In this document: piece by piece, positions 11,368 to 20,247 of the stretch
Layout: every line of letters starts with the position of its first letter
How positions within the stretch are numbered: position 1 is the first letter of the stretch
Source of the DNA: Thermoanaerobaculia bacterium
Lineage (GTDB): Bacteria; Acidobacteriota; Thermoanaerobaculia; Multivoradales; JAGPDF01
Length of the DNA stretch: 64,000 nucleotides
Direction: 5' to 3'
Assembly: GCA_036397015.1 (NCBI GenBank)
Contig: DASWJT010000146.1
Coordinates: 10,378 to 74,377 of the forward strand
Made by a program: the position numbers and the translations under genes
Notes under the pieces: generated by a model
What the model saw: the letters and a program-made list of their open reading frames with translations, nothing else
Databases searched by the model: none
What the model was told of the DNA's origin: nothing

Positions 11368-11616
11368 TCAGCCGCCGCCGACGGCGCGCGCCAGGCGCTC
11401 GATGAACGGTGCGAGATCGGCGGAGGCCGGAACGACGATCTCCCATTCGCCGCCGGGCGTGCGGTGCACGCGGCCCTCGCCCTCGCCGGCGAGCGGCACG
11501 CGCAGCGCCTCGCGGTCGATGCCGGCGGCGTCGGTGACGGCGAAGATTCTCTCCATCGTGCGCTGATCGACCAGCCGCAGCGGCTGCGTGGCGTTGACGT
11601 TGGTCGAGTCGCTCAT
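11368..11616 (-). CDS. small hypothetical protein (82 aa)
   Basis: The ATG at 11616 is in frame with the stop at 11368. It fills the gap between the SDR and the Mo-oxidoreductase on the same strand. The sequence (MSDSTNVNATQPLRLVDQRTMERIFAVTD...) is balanced rather than shadow-frame-like. I recognise no family. Confidence 0.5.
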   Translation of the reverse strand: MSDSTNVNATQPLRLVDQRTMERIFAVTDAAGIDREALRVPLAGEGEGRVHRTPGGEWEIVVPASADLAPFIERLARAVGGG

Positions 11617-11633
11617 CGCGGGCCCCGGGAGTC

Positions 11634-12455
11634 TCAGTCGAGGAAGAAGTCGGGGAAGAGCGGCTGGCCGGGCTCGACGGCGTAGCGGTCGAGATCGGTG
11701 ACGCCGGCGCTCGCCAGCACTTCGTCGTCGACGAAGAAGTTGCCGCTGCATTCGCGCGCCGGCCGGGTCAGGATCCAGTGCGCGGCGTCGGCGACGATCT
11801 CGGGCTTGCGGCTGCGCCGGCTCATCTCCTCGCCGCCGATCATGGTGATCGCGGCCGTGGCGATCGACGTGCGCGGCCACAGGGCGTTGACCGCCAAGCC
11901 GCGGTCGCGGAACTCCTCGGCCATGCCGAGGACGCACATCGACATGCCGTACTTCGACATCGAGTAGGCGACGTGGCCCGCGAACCACTTGGCGCGCACG
12001 TCGAGTGGCGGCGCGAGGTTGAGGATGTGGGGATTCGCCGCCTGCAGCAGGTGCGGCAGGCACGCTTGCGAGCAGAGGAAGGTGCCGCGTACGTTGACGC
12101 CGAACATGAGGTCGAAGCGCTTCATCGGCGTCTCGAGCGTGCCGGTCAGCGAGATCGCCGAGGCGTTGTTAACCAGGATGTCGATGCCACCGAAGGCGCC
12201 GACCGTTTTCTCGACCGCCTCGGCGACTTGCTCGTCGGAGCGGATGTCGCAGGCGATCGGCAGCGCCTTGCCGCCGGCCTGCTCGACCTCGGCGGCGGCG
12301 GTATAGAGCGTGCCGGGGAGCTTGGGGTGCGGGCGAGTCGTCTTGGCGACGAGCGCCACGCGGGCGCCGTCGGCCGCCGCGCGCCTGGCGATGGCGAGCC
12401 CGATGCCGCGCGAGCCGCCGGTGACGAAGAGGGTCTTGTTGGCGAGGGTCGACAT
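11634..12455 (-). CDS. SDR-family oxidoreductase (HSDL2-like)
   Basis: Motifs: TGGSRGIG (TGxxxGxG), NNAS, YSMSKYG (YxxxK). Confidence 0.9.
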   Translation of the reverse strand: MSTLANKTLFVTGGSRGIGLAIARRAAADGARVALVAKTTRPHPKLPGTLYTAAAEVEQAGGKALPIACDIRSDEQVAEAVEKTVGAFGGIDILVNNASAISLTGTLETPMKRFDLMFGVNVRGTFLCSQACLPHLLQAANPHILNLAPPLDVRAKWFAGHVAYSMSKYGMSMCVLGMAEEFRDRGLAVNALWPRTSIATAAITMIGGEEMSRRSRKPEIVADAAHWILTRPARECSGNFFVDDEVLASAGVTDLDRYAVEPGQPLFPDFFLD

Positions 12456-12591
12456 GAGACTCCCGAGGTCGTCGCGATCCTAACCCGGAGGCCGAGGGAG
12501 CGCTGCCGATCGCCACCGACTCTTCGCCAAGGCGGGCGGCGGGCTCAGCCGGATCACGCGGCCGGCTGCTATCCTCTTCTGTCGCGGGGCG

Positions 12592-13140
12592 ATGGGAGAG
12601 AAAGCGAGCGAGATGATGGGCAGGGGATGGCGGCGAGCAGCACTGGCGGCGATGCTGGCCGCGGCGATTCCGGCGCTCGCCGCAGCGGGCGAGCATCGAA
12701 TCGGCTTCGGTTACCACTACTGGAAGACGGTCGACGACCTCGACGACCTCAACGACATCGAGGACGAGGGCTACGCGACGGTCGTCTCCTACCAGTACCT
12801 GCCCGGGGGCCTGCTGCGTTTCGAGGCCGACGTCGAATACTACCCGGACGGCTTCGGCGGCACCACGGAGTCGGCCTACGCGCCGCAGATCTACGTGCTG
12901 GTCGGCCGGTTGGTCTATGCCGGCGTCGGCGTCGGTGTCACCCAGAGCGACGGCTTCGCCTCCGGCGACGAGTGGTCGGATCCGTGGTACGCGGCACGCG
13001 CCGGGCTCGACATCCTCCTGCTGCCGCGCCTGCATCTCGACATCAACGCCAACTACCGGGTCGACGCCTTCGAAGAGCTGGAAGAGGTGGATACCGACGC
13101 GCTGACGATCGGCGCCGCGCTCCGCCTCCGCCTTCTCTGA
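12592..13140 (+). CDS. small outer-membrane beta-barrel protein (putative)
   Basis: Signal peptide RRAALAAMLAAAIPALAAAG, followed by alternating-polarity strands (RIGFGYHYW, LRFEADVEYY, LDILLLPRLHLDINANYRV, TIGAALRLRL). The start could also be ATG 12613 or 12616. Confidence 0.55.
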   Translation: MGEKASEMMGRGWRRAALAAMLAAAIPALAAAGEHRIGFGYHYWKTVDDLDDLNDIEDEGYATVVSYQYLPGGLLRFEADVEYYPDGFGGTTESAYAPQIYVLVGRLVYAGVGVGVTQSDGFASGDEWSDPWYAARAGLDILLLPRLHLDINANYRVDAFEELEEVDTDALTIGAALRLRLL

Positions 13141-13166
13141 GCGCTCGATCCTCGGGGAGAGAGACC

Positions 13167-13592
13167 ATGCCAGCACGCACGGCGAGCGCAATCTGGAGCG
13201 GAGGGCTGAAGGACGGCGACGGATGGCTCAAGGTGGGCAGCGGAGCCTTCGAGGGCAGGTACACCTTCAGGATGCGGTTCGAGGACGAGCCGGGCACCAA
13301 CCCGGAGGAGCTCGTCGGCGCGGCGCACGCCGGCTGCTTCTCGATGGCGCTCGCCGGCGCGCTGGGGCGCGCCGGCTTCCCGCCCGAGCGCATCGCGACG
13401 ACCGCCGAGGTGCACCTGAGCGTCGGCGAGAGCGGTGCGCAGATCTCGCGCATCGACCTCCGCTGTGAAGCCGCGGTGCCCGGCATCGACGCCGCGACGT
13501 TCGCCGAGCAGGCCGCGGGCGCGAAGAAGAACTGCCCGGTGTCGAAGGCGCTCGCCGCGGTGGAGATCACGCTCGACGCCAAGCTCGTCTGA
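13167..13592 (+). CDS. osmC: OsmC-family peroxiredoxin
   Basis: This is the C-terminal 141 aa of a long track ORF, with an in-frame ATG at 13167. Both conserved Cys contexts are present: AHAGCFSMAL and KKNCPVSKAL. Confidence 0.88.
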   Translation: MPARTASAIWSGGLKDGDGWLKVGSGAFEGRYTFRMRFEDEPGTNPEELVGAAHAGCFSMALAGALGRAGFPPERIATTAEVHLSVGESGAQISRIDLRCEAAVPGIDAATFAEQAAGAKKNCPVSKALAAVEITLDAKLV

Positions 13593-13652
13593 CGCTCCGG
13601 CGACGCGCGCCGCGGGCGCCCCCGTCCAGGCGGCCGAGGCGGCGCCCTGCGT

Positions 13653-14150
13653 TCAGTCGAAGGAGATACGTACGCGGCCCTCGCCGTCGCGCGCCTCGAT
13701 GCGGAGCGAAAAGCCCTCCTCGGCCAGCCACTCCGCGAGACCGCCGGCCGGCTCGCGCCCGAGCATCAGGCACTCGGCGAGCACCCAGGGCATCTCGACG
13801 ACGGCGCGATCGCCGTCGTCGTCGACCTCTTCGAGGATGAGGCGGCCGCGGCTGCGGCGGGCGACCACCCGATTGCCGTCGCGATCCTCGAACTCGTAGA
13901 CGCCGCCCTCGCCACGGCGGTCGAGCTCCGCGGCCATGCGGCGGGTCCGGCGGTCGTCGCTGCCGTCGCAGTCGATCGAAGAGTGACGGACGAGCGCCGA
14001 CAGCCAGCCCGTGGCGACCGCGACCCGCACCTGTTCGCCGTCCTCGCCCTCGACTTCGAGCTCGAACTTGGCGCCGGGGTCGGCGAGCGTCGGATACGGC
14101 AGCGACAAGGCGGCGGCGAGACAGCAAGCGAGAGCGAGTCGGCGAGCCAT
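13653..14150 (-). CDS. hypothetical secreted protein
   Basis: 165-aa ORF with signal peptide MARRLALACCLAAALSLPYPTLA. The mature part is acidic. I recognise no family. Confidence 0.6.
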   Translation of the reverse strand: MARRLALACCLAAALSLPYPTLADPGAKFELEVEGEDGEQVRVAVATGWLSALVRHSSIDCDGSDDRRTRRMAAELDRRGEGGVYEFEDRDGNRVVARRSRGRLILEEVDDDGDRAVVEMPWVLAECLMLGREPAGGLAEWLAEEGFSLRIEARDGEGRVRISFD

Positions 14151-14250
14151 GGACGCACCTCCAGAGAGCCCCTACGCGCCGGGCGGACGCAGGTTTCGAC
14201 TCCGGCCTCGATCGGTGGGCGGGGCGGGGCGCTGACGTAGGATTCGGCGA

Positions 14251-14748
14251 GTGAAGCGGCTCCTCGCGGTCGCGGCGCTGGCGCTCGTGGCGCTCGCCGG
14301 TTGGCTCTGGTGGTCGAGCGATCGCCGGCGCATCGACCGCCGGCTCGACGCCCTCGTCGCGGCTTGCGAGAAGTCCGGCCCGGACAGCGCGCTCGCGCTC
14401 CTCGGCAAGACGCAGACGATCCTCGATTCCTTCGCGGCCGACATGCTGGTGCGGGCCGAGCCCTACGGCGGATCGTTCCGCGACGCGCGCGAGCTCGCCG
14501 GCATGATCCATCGCTATCGCGCGGGCTCGAGCCGGGTCGAGGTCGCGGCCACCGACCGCGAGCTGGTGGTGCGCGCCAACCGCACGGCGGAGATGAGCGC
14601 CGTCTTTCGCGTCGCCGGGGAAGGCCGCGGCGGGTCGGGAATCGAGACCTTCCGCGCCCGCCTCTTGTGGGTCGAGGACGACGGCGTGTGGCGGATCCGC
14701 GAGGTCGAGATCGTCGAGCGGCTGGAGAGCTCGGGTCTGTTCTTCTGA
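14251..14748 (+). CDS. hypothetical membrane-anchored NTF2/SnoaL-like protein
   Basis: GTG start and an N-terminal TM helix (LLAVAALALVALAGWLWW). The C-terminal pattern ARLLWVEDDGVWRIREVEIVE is typical of NTF2-like folds. GC3 is high. Confidence 0.6.
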   Translation: MKRLLAVAALALVALAGWLWWSSDRRRIDRRLDALVAACEKSGPDSALALLGKTQTILDSFAADMLVRAEPYGGSFRDARELAGMIHRYRAGSSRVEVAATDRELVVRANRTAEMSAVFRVAGEGRGGSGIETFRARLLWVEDDGVWRIREVEIVERLESSGLFF

Positions 14749-14846
14749 GCCGCGGTCGCGGAGAATCCCTCCTCCGGCATGGAGCGTCGAGCGAGAGGAA
14801 CCCGCGCGTCGGATCGGGTGCGGCGAGCGCGCCGGCGCGGCACGTC

Positions 14847-15770
14847 GTGGGGCGCGCCGTGACCGCCCCGGCAGCGCGCGAGCCGTTCCGCGCCGGTCTC
14901 GTGGCGGTGACCGTGGGCCTCGTGGCGCTGGCGCTCAAGGGCTACGCGGCGTGGCGGACGGAGTCGCTGGCGCTGCTGGCAGACGCCGCCGAATCGGTCG
15001 TCAACGTCGTCGCCGGGCTCATCGCGACGGCCTCGGTGAGCCACTCCGTGCGCGGCGCCGAGGAGGGCCCCTCGGCCGCTGGGCACGGGAAGATCGAGCT
15101 GCTGTCCGCGGGCATCGAGGGCGCGCTGGTCGTGGTCGCCGCGTTCGTCGTCGTCTTCGAGGCGATCGCCCGCTTTGGCCGCACGCCGCAGCTGCCCACT
15201 CTCGCCGTCGGTCTCGCTTTCGCACTGGCGGCGACCGGAGCCAACGCGGCGCTGGCCCGCTCTCTCGAGGCAACCGGCCGCCGGCACGCTTCGCCGGCGC
15301 TCGCCGCCGACGCGCAGCGCGTGCGCCAGGACGTGCTGACCTCGCTCGCCGTCTACGCCGGCTTCGGCGTCGCCTGGATGACTCGGTGGTGGCCGCTCGA
15401 CGCGCTGTTGGCGATCGCCGTCAGCGTGCACATCCTGATCTCCGGCCTGCGCGCCGTCCGGCAGTCGGTATCCGGACCCACCGACGAGGCGCTGCCCGCC
15501 GACGAGCTGGCCGCGATCGAAGCGCGGCTGCGGGCCGAAGGGCCGCCGGTGCTCTCCTTCGACGGCTTGCGCGCGCGGCGCGTCGGCGGCAGGGTCGTCA
15601 TCGACTTGAAATTGGTGATCAGCCGCTACGTTCTGGTCTACGAGGCGTACGAGATCTGCGACCGCATCGAAGCCGATCTCCAGCGCCTGCACCCGGGCGC
15701 GCGGGTGTCGATCGACGTCGAGCCAGAGGGCTCATCCCGCTCCGCCCAGCCGCACCACAGTCCCCGCTGA
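14847..15770 (+). CDS. cation diffusion facilitator (CDF) family transporter
   Basis: This is the 3' part of the track ORF 14301..15770, with an in-frame GTG at 14847 (GTG 14859 is an alternative). It has six hydrophobic helices (ESLALLADAAESVVNVV, LSAGIEGALVVV, DVLTSLAVYAG) plus a C-terminal cytoplasmic domain. Confidence 0.8.
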   Translation: MGRAVTAPAAREPFRAGLVAVTVGLVALALKGYAAWRTESLALLADAAESVVNVVAGLIATASVSHSVRGAEEGPSAAGHGKIELLSAGIEGALVVVAAFVVVFEAIARFGRTPQLPTLAVGLAFALAATGANAALARSLEATGRRHASPALAADAQRVRQDVLTSLAVYAGFGVAWMTRWWPLDALLAIAVSVHILISGLRAVRQSVSGPTDEALPADELAAIEARLRAEGPPVLSFDGLRARRVGGRVVIDLKLVISRYVLVYEAYEICDRIEADLQRLHPGARVSIDVEPEGSSRSAQPHHSPR

Positions 15771-15773
15771 CGC

Positions 15774-18700
15774 TCAGGCCGGGAACGGGGGATCGGCGGG
15801 CGTAAGCGGGCGGGCTGGGCGCCGCGAGCTCGTCGCCGCCAAGATGCGCATCGCGGGGCAGACGGGAAGGCGCAGGCGGCGGGCGCCCGCTACCGGGAGG
15901 CGGAGGGCGAAGAGCGTCGCGCGCTCGACCGCCAGATCGGCGCCGTGGCGGTCGTGCAGGTGGCCGCAGCTCCACGCCGTCGGCCGCCGCAGGAGCTCGG
16001 CGGGTTCGAGGCGCCGCCCGGCGAGGGTCGTCCGCCACCGGCTCTCGCGAAGGAGCGGCCGGCGCCAGTCCGGGACGAGCACGGCGAACGGCGCGCCGTC
16101 GATCTCGAGCTCCAGCGCGCGCTCGCCGTCGACCGCCGCGGCCAGCAGCCAGGCTTCGGCAGTGCCCGCGGGCAGCTCGACGAGCTGACCGCCGGCGACG
16201 GCGACATTCGCGTGGCCGGCTTCGGCGAGGTGGCCGAGGTCGAAGGGCACGGCGGTGTCGTCGATCTGCCGGGGCAGCAACTCGCGCGGCAGGAAGTGGC
16301 CGCGGCCGTCGAAGCCGTCGCCGCCCGGCCGCTCGCCATTTCCCGACACGCCGCGCACCTCCCAGGGCAGGGCGAGGGCAGCCGTCTCGCCTCTCGCACC
16401 GGCCAACGCGAAACGCAGCGGCGCAGTGAGGCAACTCGCGAGGCCGCCCGCAGCAACGGCCCGCGGCGGCAATTCCGTCGCCTCGCCGGTGCGCTCTTCC
16501 ATCCCCGTCGCGAGGTGGAGCTCGTCGAAGCCGGCGAGCTCCGACGCGGCGGTGAGCGGATGCGCGTCGCGCGTGGGGTTCGAAACGCGTAGCACGGCAC
16601 GCTCGCCGTCTTCGGCCGGCTTGAGAGCGAGGAGTCGCAGGGGAGGAGCGAGCGAAACGAGGGTGCGACGGCGAGGCGCCCCCGGAACGCCGACTTCGGC
16701 GGCGACGTGAAAGGCGCGGGGGCGATGGACGAAACGCTCGGCGAGCGCCGCGACCCGGCCCCCAGCCACCGAGCCGCTGCCGAGGCCGGCGACGGCGATG
16801 CGCAAGCGATGCAGGCCGAAATCCTGCGTCGCCTGGTGGCGCCACTTGAAGCTCGCCCGCGGCGCGTGGATCCAGGTCGAGCGCAGCGTGCCCGCGTCGG
16901 GGTGGTCCCAGCCGTGCCGGCAGTCGACGAAGAGCGCCACGCCGAAGCTCCCGGAGGCATCCTCGATCGCCGCCCAGTGCTGCGCGGGCACTTCGTACAG
17001 CGTGGCGCTCGCGAGCGGGCGCTCGATCGCGTCGAGCCCCGTGTCGTAGGCGGCCGTCGGGTTGCGCGCGGCGAGCGGGAAGCGGGCCTTGAGCAGCGTC
17101 GCTCGCCGCCGCCACTCGATCTCGACGTCGGCGACGACGAGCTCGCCGGCGCCGCCAGCGGCCAGCCGCCACGTCTCGCGCACCACGACGCCGCGGGCGA
17201 AGCGCTCGACGGCTAGCGCGGCGCGCAGCGGGCCGCGCTCGACGACGTCGAGCCGGCGCAGGCGATCGACGAGGGCGCGGGGCGGGCCCGCGGTGTCCGG
17301 CCAGAGGATCTCCCAGGCGGGGTACTTGGACGAGCGATCGGGGAGCAGCTCGAGAGCGGCCGGCGTCGAGAGCAGCTCGCGGTCGAGCCGCTTGTCGACG
17401 AGCGAGGCGAGCGCGCCGGCCTCGTCGAGCTCGAGCCGGTAGCGCCCGCTCTCGAGCCAGCGCTCGCCGGCCTCGACGCCCGGCGCCGGCGATCGCACCG
17501 CCGCCGAGCGCGCTCCGGCGCGCAGCAGCTGGAGCTCGGCGCCGCGGCAGACGACGGGGAGGAGCGCCGTGCCGCCGCCGAGCCGCTGAATCTCCCTCTC
17601 GACGCCCTCGGCGTCGACGACGGCCTCGGCCGCCGCCGGCAGGCCGGCGACCTCGAGCAGCTCCTCGTGCGGCGCGGCGACGGTCGAGAGCACGACGAGG
17701 CGTGCTCCGCTCCCCGTCGCGTCGAGCGCGCCGGCGGCGCCTCCGACCGCGTCGAGCAGGATCTCCTCGAGCTCGTTGGCGGCGAGGCCGAGGTCGCCGA
17801 GCGAGTAGCGGTAGGCGGCTGGGATCGCGGTGCCGGTGAGATCGTCGTGCATCTGGTGGGCGAGCAGGAGCGTCCACGCCTCCTCGAGGCGGCCGCGGGG
17901 CGCGGCGAGGCCGGCGGCGAGGGCGGCGACGGCCGCCGCCTCGGCGGCGCGCGCCAGGGCTTCGACCCGCCGGCTCCAGCGTTTGAGCACGGCCTTCGCC
18001 GTGTAGCAGCCGGTGCCGTGCTGGCGCAGGAGGAGCTCGCCGTCGTGCACGGCGAGGGCGGCGCGCTCCGCGCCGGTCGTCTCGAGGTAGATCTGCTCCG
18101 AGGGGCCGTGCCGGATCTCGAGCGGACCGTCGGCGTCGAGAGCCGACTCGAGCCGCGCGGCCGTCTCGGTCGGCACGGCGCCGCCGCGGTCGCCGACGCC
18201 GACGTAGCGCATGGCGATCGCGGGTGCGCCGCTCGCCGTCGCGGCGCGCGCGTCCGCCAGCGCTTCCGGGTCGCGGGTCGGATCGGCCGGCAGGCGGCCC
18301 GAGTACTCGCCGGGATCGAGGGCGGCGAGCACCTCGCCGCCGTCGGCGCCGCGCCAGCGCCCGAACGCGAACGGAATGCCGTAGGCGGCGCGCACCAGGG
18401 GGCCGCGGCGCAGCTTCTGGGTCGAGAAGCCGACCAGGCCGAGGTGCGCGGCGAGCGTCGGCAGCGTGCGCGGGAAGCCGAAGCAGTCGGGGAGCAGCAG
18501 ATCGCGGCTGTCGGTGGACAGCTCGCGGCGCAGCCAGCGCCGACCGTAGAGGATCTGGCGCACGATCGACTCGGGCGCGGGGAGCAGCGCGTCGAAGGCC
18601 TCGACGGCGGCGCCAGAGGGGTGCCAGCGGCGCTCGGCCACTCGCCTGCGCACGCGGGCGAAGAGCTGCGGGTGATGCTCGGCGAGCAGCCGGTAGCGCC

Positions 18701-18863
18701 ACGTCCCCTCGAAAGAGAGGACGAAGCGCGGGAAGCGCTCGAAGAGGCGCTCGTTGGCTTCGACCGTGGCGGGGAGGTGGCGCTCGACCGTGTCGCGCAC
18801 CGTCCATCGCCATTGCGTGTCGAGGTGCGAGAGCGCGACGACGTGGAGCCGAGGGCGAGTCAC
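15774..18863 (-). CDS. glycoside hydrolase family 38 alpha-mannosidase
   Basis: 1029-aa ORF. The N-terminal GH38 signature is VVALSHLDTQWRWTV, followed by LLPDCFGFPRTLP and FSTQKL. Confidence 0.88.
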   Translation of the reverse strand: MTRPRLHVVALSHLDTQWRWTVRDTVERHLPATVEANERLFERFPRFVLSFEGTWRYRLLAEHHPQLFARVRRRVAERRWHPSGAAVEAFDALLPAPESIVRQILYGRRWLRRELSTDSRDLLLPDCFGFPRTLPTLAAHLGLVGFSTQKLRRGPLVRAAYGIPFAFGRWRGADGGEVLAALDPGEYSGRLPADPTRDPEALADARAATASGAPAIAMRYVGVGDRGGAVPTETAARLESALDADGPLEIRHGPSEQIYLETTGAERAALAVHDGELLLRQHGTGCYTAKAVLKRWSRRVEALARAAEAAAVAALAAGLAAPRGRLEEAWTLLLAHQMHDDLTGTAIPAAYRYSLGDLGLAANELEEILLDAVGGAAGALDATGSGARLVVLSTVAAPHEELLEVAGLPAAAEAVVDAEGVEREIQRLGGGTALLPVVCRGAELQLLRAGARSAAVRSPAPGVEAGERWLESGRYRLELDEAGALASLVDKRLDRELLSTPAALELLPDRSSKYPAWEILWPDTAGPPRALVDRLRRLDVVERGPLRAALAVERFARGVVVRETWRLAAGGAGELVVADVEIEWRRRATLLKARFPLAARNPTAAYDTGLDAIERPLASATLYEVPAQHWAAIEDASGSFGVALFVDCRHGWDHPDAGTLRSTWIHAPRASFKWRHQATQDFGLHRLRIAVAGLGSGSVAGGRVAALAERFVHRPRAFHVAAEVGVPGAPRRRTLVSLAPPLRLLALKPAEDGERAVLRVSNPTRDAHPLTAASELAGFDELHLATGMEERTGEATELPPRAVAAGGLASCLTAPLRFALAGARGETAALALPWEVRGVSGNGERPGGDGFDGRGHFLPRELLPRQIDDTAVPFDLGHLAEAGHANVAVAGGQLVELPAGTAEAWLLAAAVDGERALELEIDGAPFAVLVPDWRRPLLRESRWRTTLAGRRLEPAELLRRPTAWSCGHLHDRHGADLAVERATLFALRLPVAGARRLRLPVCPAMRILAATSSRRPARPLTPADPPFPA

Positions 18864-18941
18864 GGAGTCGCAGCATTCTAGTCCTCACCGCCGTCGCCTC
18901 GGCGCTGCCGGTATACTCGGCCGAGCTCCGAGGAGGGCGAA

Positions 18942-20237
18942 ATGAAGAGGCTCTGGGCGCTCGTGGGAGCGCTGGCGGCGGGATCGTGGTGCGCCGCGCC
19001 GGCGGCAGCCGCCGACGTCGAGGCGGCGCTGCGCGCCATGGACCGCGGGGAAGGGGTCGAAGCGGCGCGAACGGCCCTCGCCGAGGAGGTGGCCCGGCTG
19101 TCGATCCTGCAGGCGATGATCGAGCGCGGCGAGGCCCGGCGGGCCGCCGCCGAGAGGGCCTCTTCGCTGGCGCCCGAGGGCTCCTGGATCGTCGCCGCGG
19201 CCGCGGCGCTGCGCGCCGAGGCGTCCGATGATCTGCCCGCGGCGGCGGGCGCGGCGCAGCGCGCGACCGAGCTGGCGCCGAATGACGCGCGCCTCTGGCG
19301 GTTCCTCGCCGAGCTGCGCCTGCGCCAGCAGGATCGCGCTGGCGCGCGCGACGCTCTCGAGCACGCCACCGCGCTCGCGCCCGACTCTCCGCTCGCGCTC
19401 GTCGCGCTCGGCGACCTCTTGCGCGAAGAAGGCTCGTTCACGGCCGCGTTCAACGCCTACAACCACGCCATCGGTTCCGACGGCGGGCCGGCTTCGGCGC
19501 TCCTCGGGCGAGCCACCGCGCGCCTCTATTTCGGCGACCCGGACGGCGCGCTGCAGGACCTCGAGCGCGCCGCCGCGACCTCGCCGCCCGGGAGCGCCAG
19601 GTCGCGCGCCCTGATGGGGATTCTCTATCTGCGGAGCTATCTGCGGCAGCTGCCTTCCGGCCTCGATCGCGCCGAAGAGGCGGCGCGAATGTGGGGAGAG
19701 CTGGGAGCGGCGGACGAAGTGGCGGCGGTGATGAACGGCGCAGCTCGTGTGCTGCTCGAAACCGGGGACCCGGTGTCGGCGGAGGCGTGGTATCAGCGCG
19801 GTTGGCAGACCGTCGAGGGCTCCGCGATGCCCGCGGCTGGGAAGACGATCTGGCAGGTGAGGTCGCTGCACGGCCAGGCGCGCTGCGCCGCCGTACGCCG
19901 CGAGATCGAGCGCGCCAACGGCTTCGCCGACCAGGCCAAGGCGCTGATGGCGGCCGACGCGGCGAACGCCGACCACTACGCGTGGATCCGGCCCTACCTC
20001 GACGCCTACATCGCGATGTACGACCGGCGGGCGGAGGACGCCGTGCCGCTCTTGCTCGCCAGCGACACCGAGCGTCCGCACATCCGCCTGCTCCTCGCCG
20101 ACGCGTATGCGCGGCTGCGCGACCGCGCCAACGCGCGGCTCTGGTACGAGCGCGCCCTCGCCGCCGCCGTCGATCTCGACGCCGAGTCGGTGATCGTACG
20201 GCCGCAGGCCGCCACTTGGCTGGAGAGGAACCGATAG
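18942..20237 (+). CDS. secreted TPR-repeat protein
   Basis: Signal peptide MKRLWALVGALAAGSWCAAPAAAA, followed by repeated A..Y..AL...P helical-repeat units. Confidence 0.75.
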   Translation: MKRLWALVGALAAGSWCAAPAAAADVEAALRAMDRGEGVEAARTALAEEVARLSILQAMIERGEARRAAAERASSLAPEGSWIVAAAAALRAEASDDLPAAAGAAQRATELAPNDARLWRFLAELRLRQQDRAGARDALEHATALAPDSPLALVALGDLLREEGSFTAAFNAYNHAIGSDGGPASALLGRATARLYFGDPDGALQDLERAAATSPPGSARSRALMGILYLRSYLRQLPSGLDRAEEAARMWGELGAADEVAAVMNGAARVLLETGDPVSAEAWYQRGWQTVEGSAMPAAGKTIWQVRSLHGQARCAAVRREIERANGFADQAKALMAADAANADHYAWIRPYLDAYIAMYDRRAEDAVPLLLASDTERPHIRLLLADAYARLRDRANARLWYERALAAAVDLDAESVIVRPQAATWLERNR

Positions 20238-20247
20238 TCTCGCCGCG

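Noticed and set aside
12456-12591. Moco riboswitch upstream of the SDR/Mo-oxidoreductase operon
   Set aside because: The 136-nt divergent spacer has some CCGAGG/CCGGAGG strings, but I could not fold the conserved Moco-motif helices. The molybdoenzyme is also the third gene, not the first. The evidence is not supportable without a covariance-model search.
13613-13647. Intrinsic terminator between convergent osmC and the 165-aa ORF
   Set aside because: It has only a 7-bp GGGCGCC/GGCGCCC stem with a 20-nt loop and no T-tract, so it is not convincing.
15619-18888. 1089-aa ORF in an alternative frame over the GH38 gene
   Set aside because: It is an extreme Arg/Ala/Pro composition product (RRRRRA-type runs) on the same strand as the well-supported mannosidase frame, so it is an off-frame artefact.
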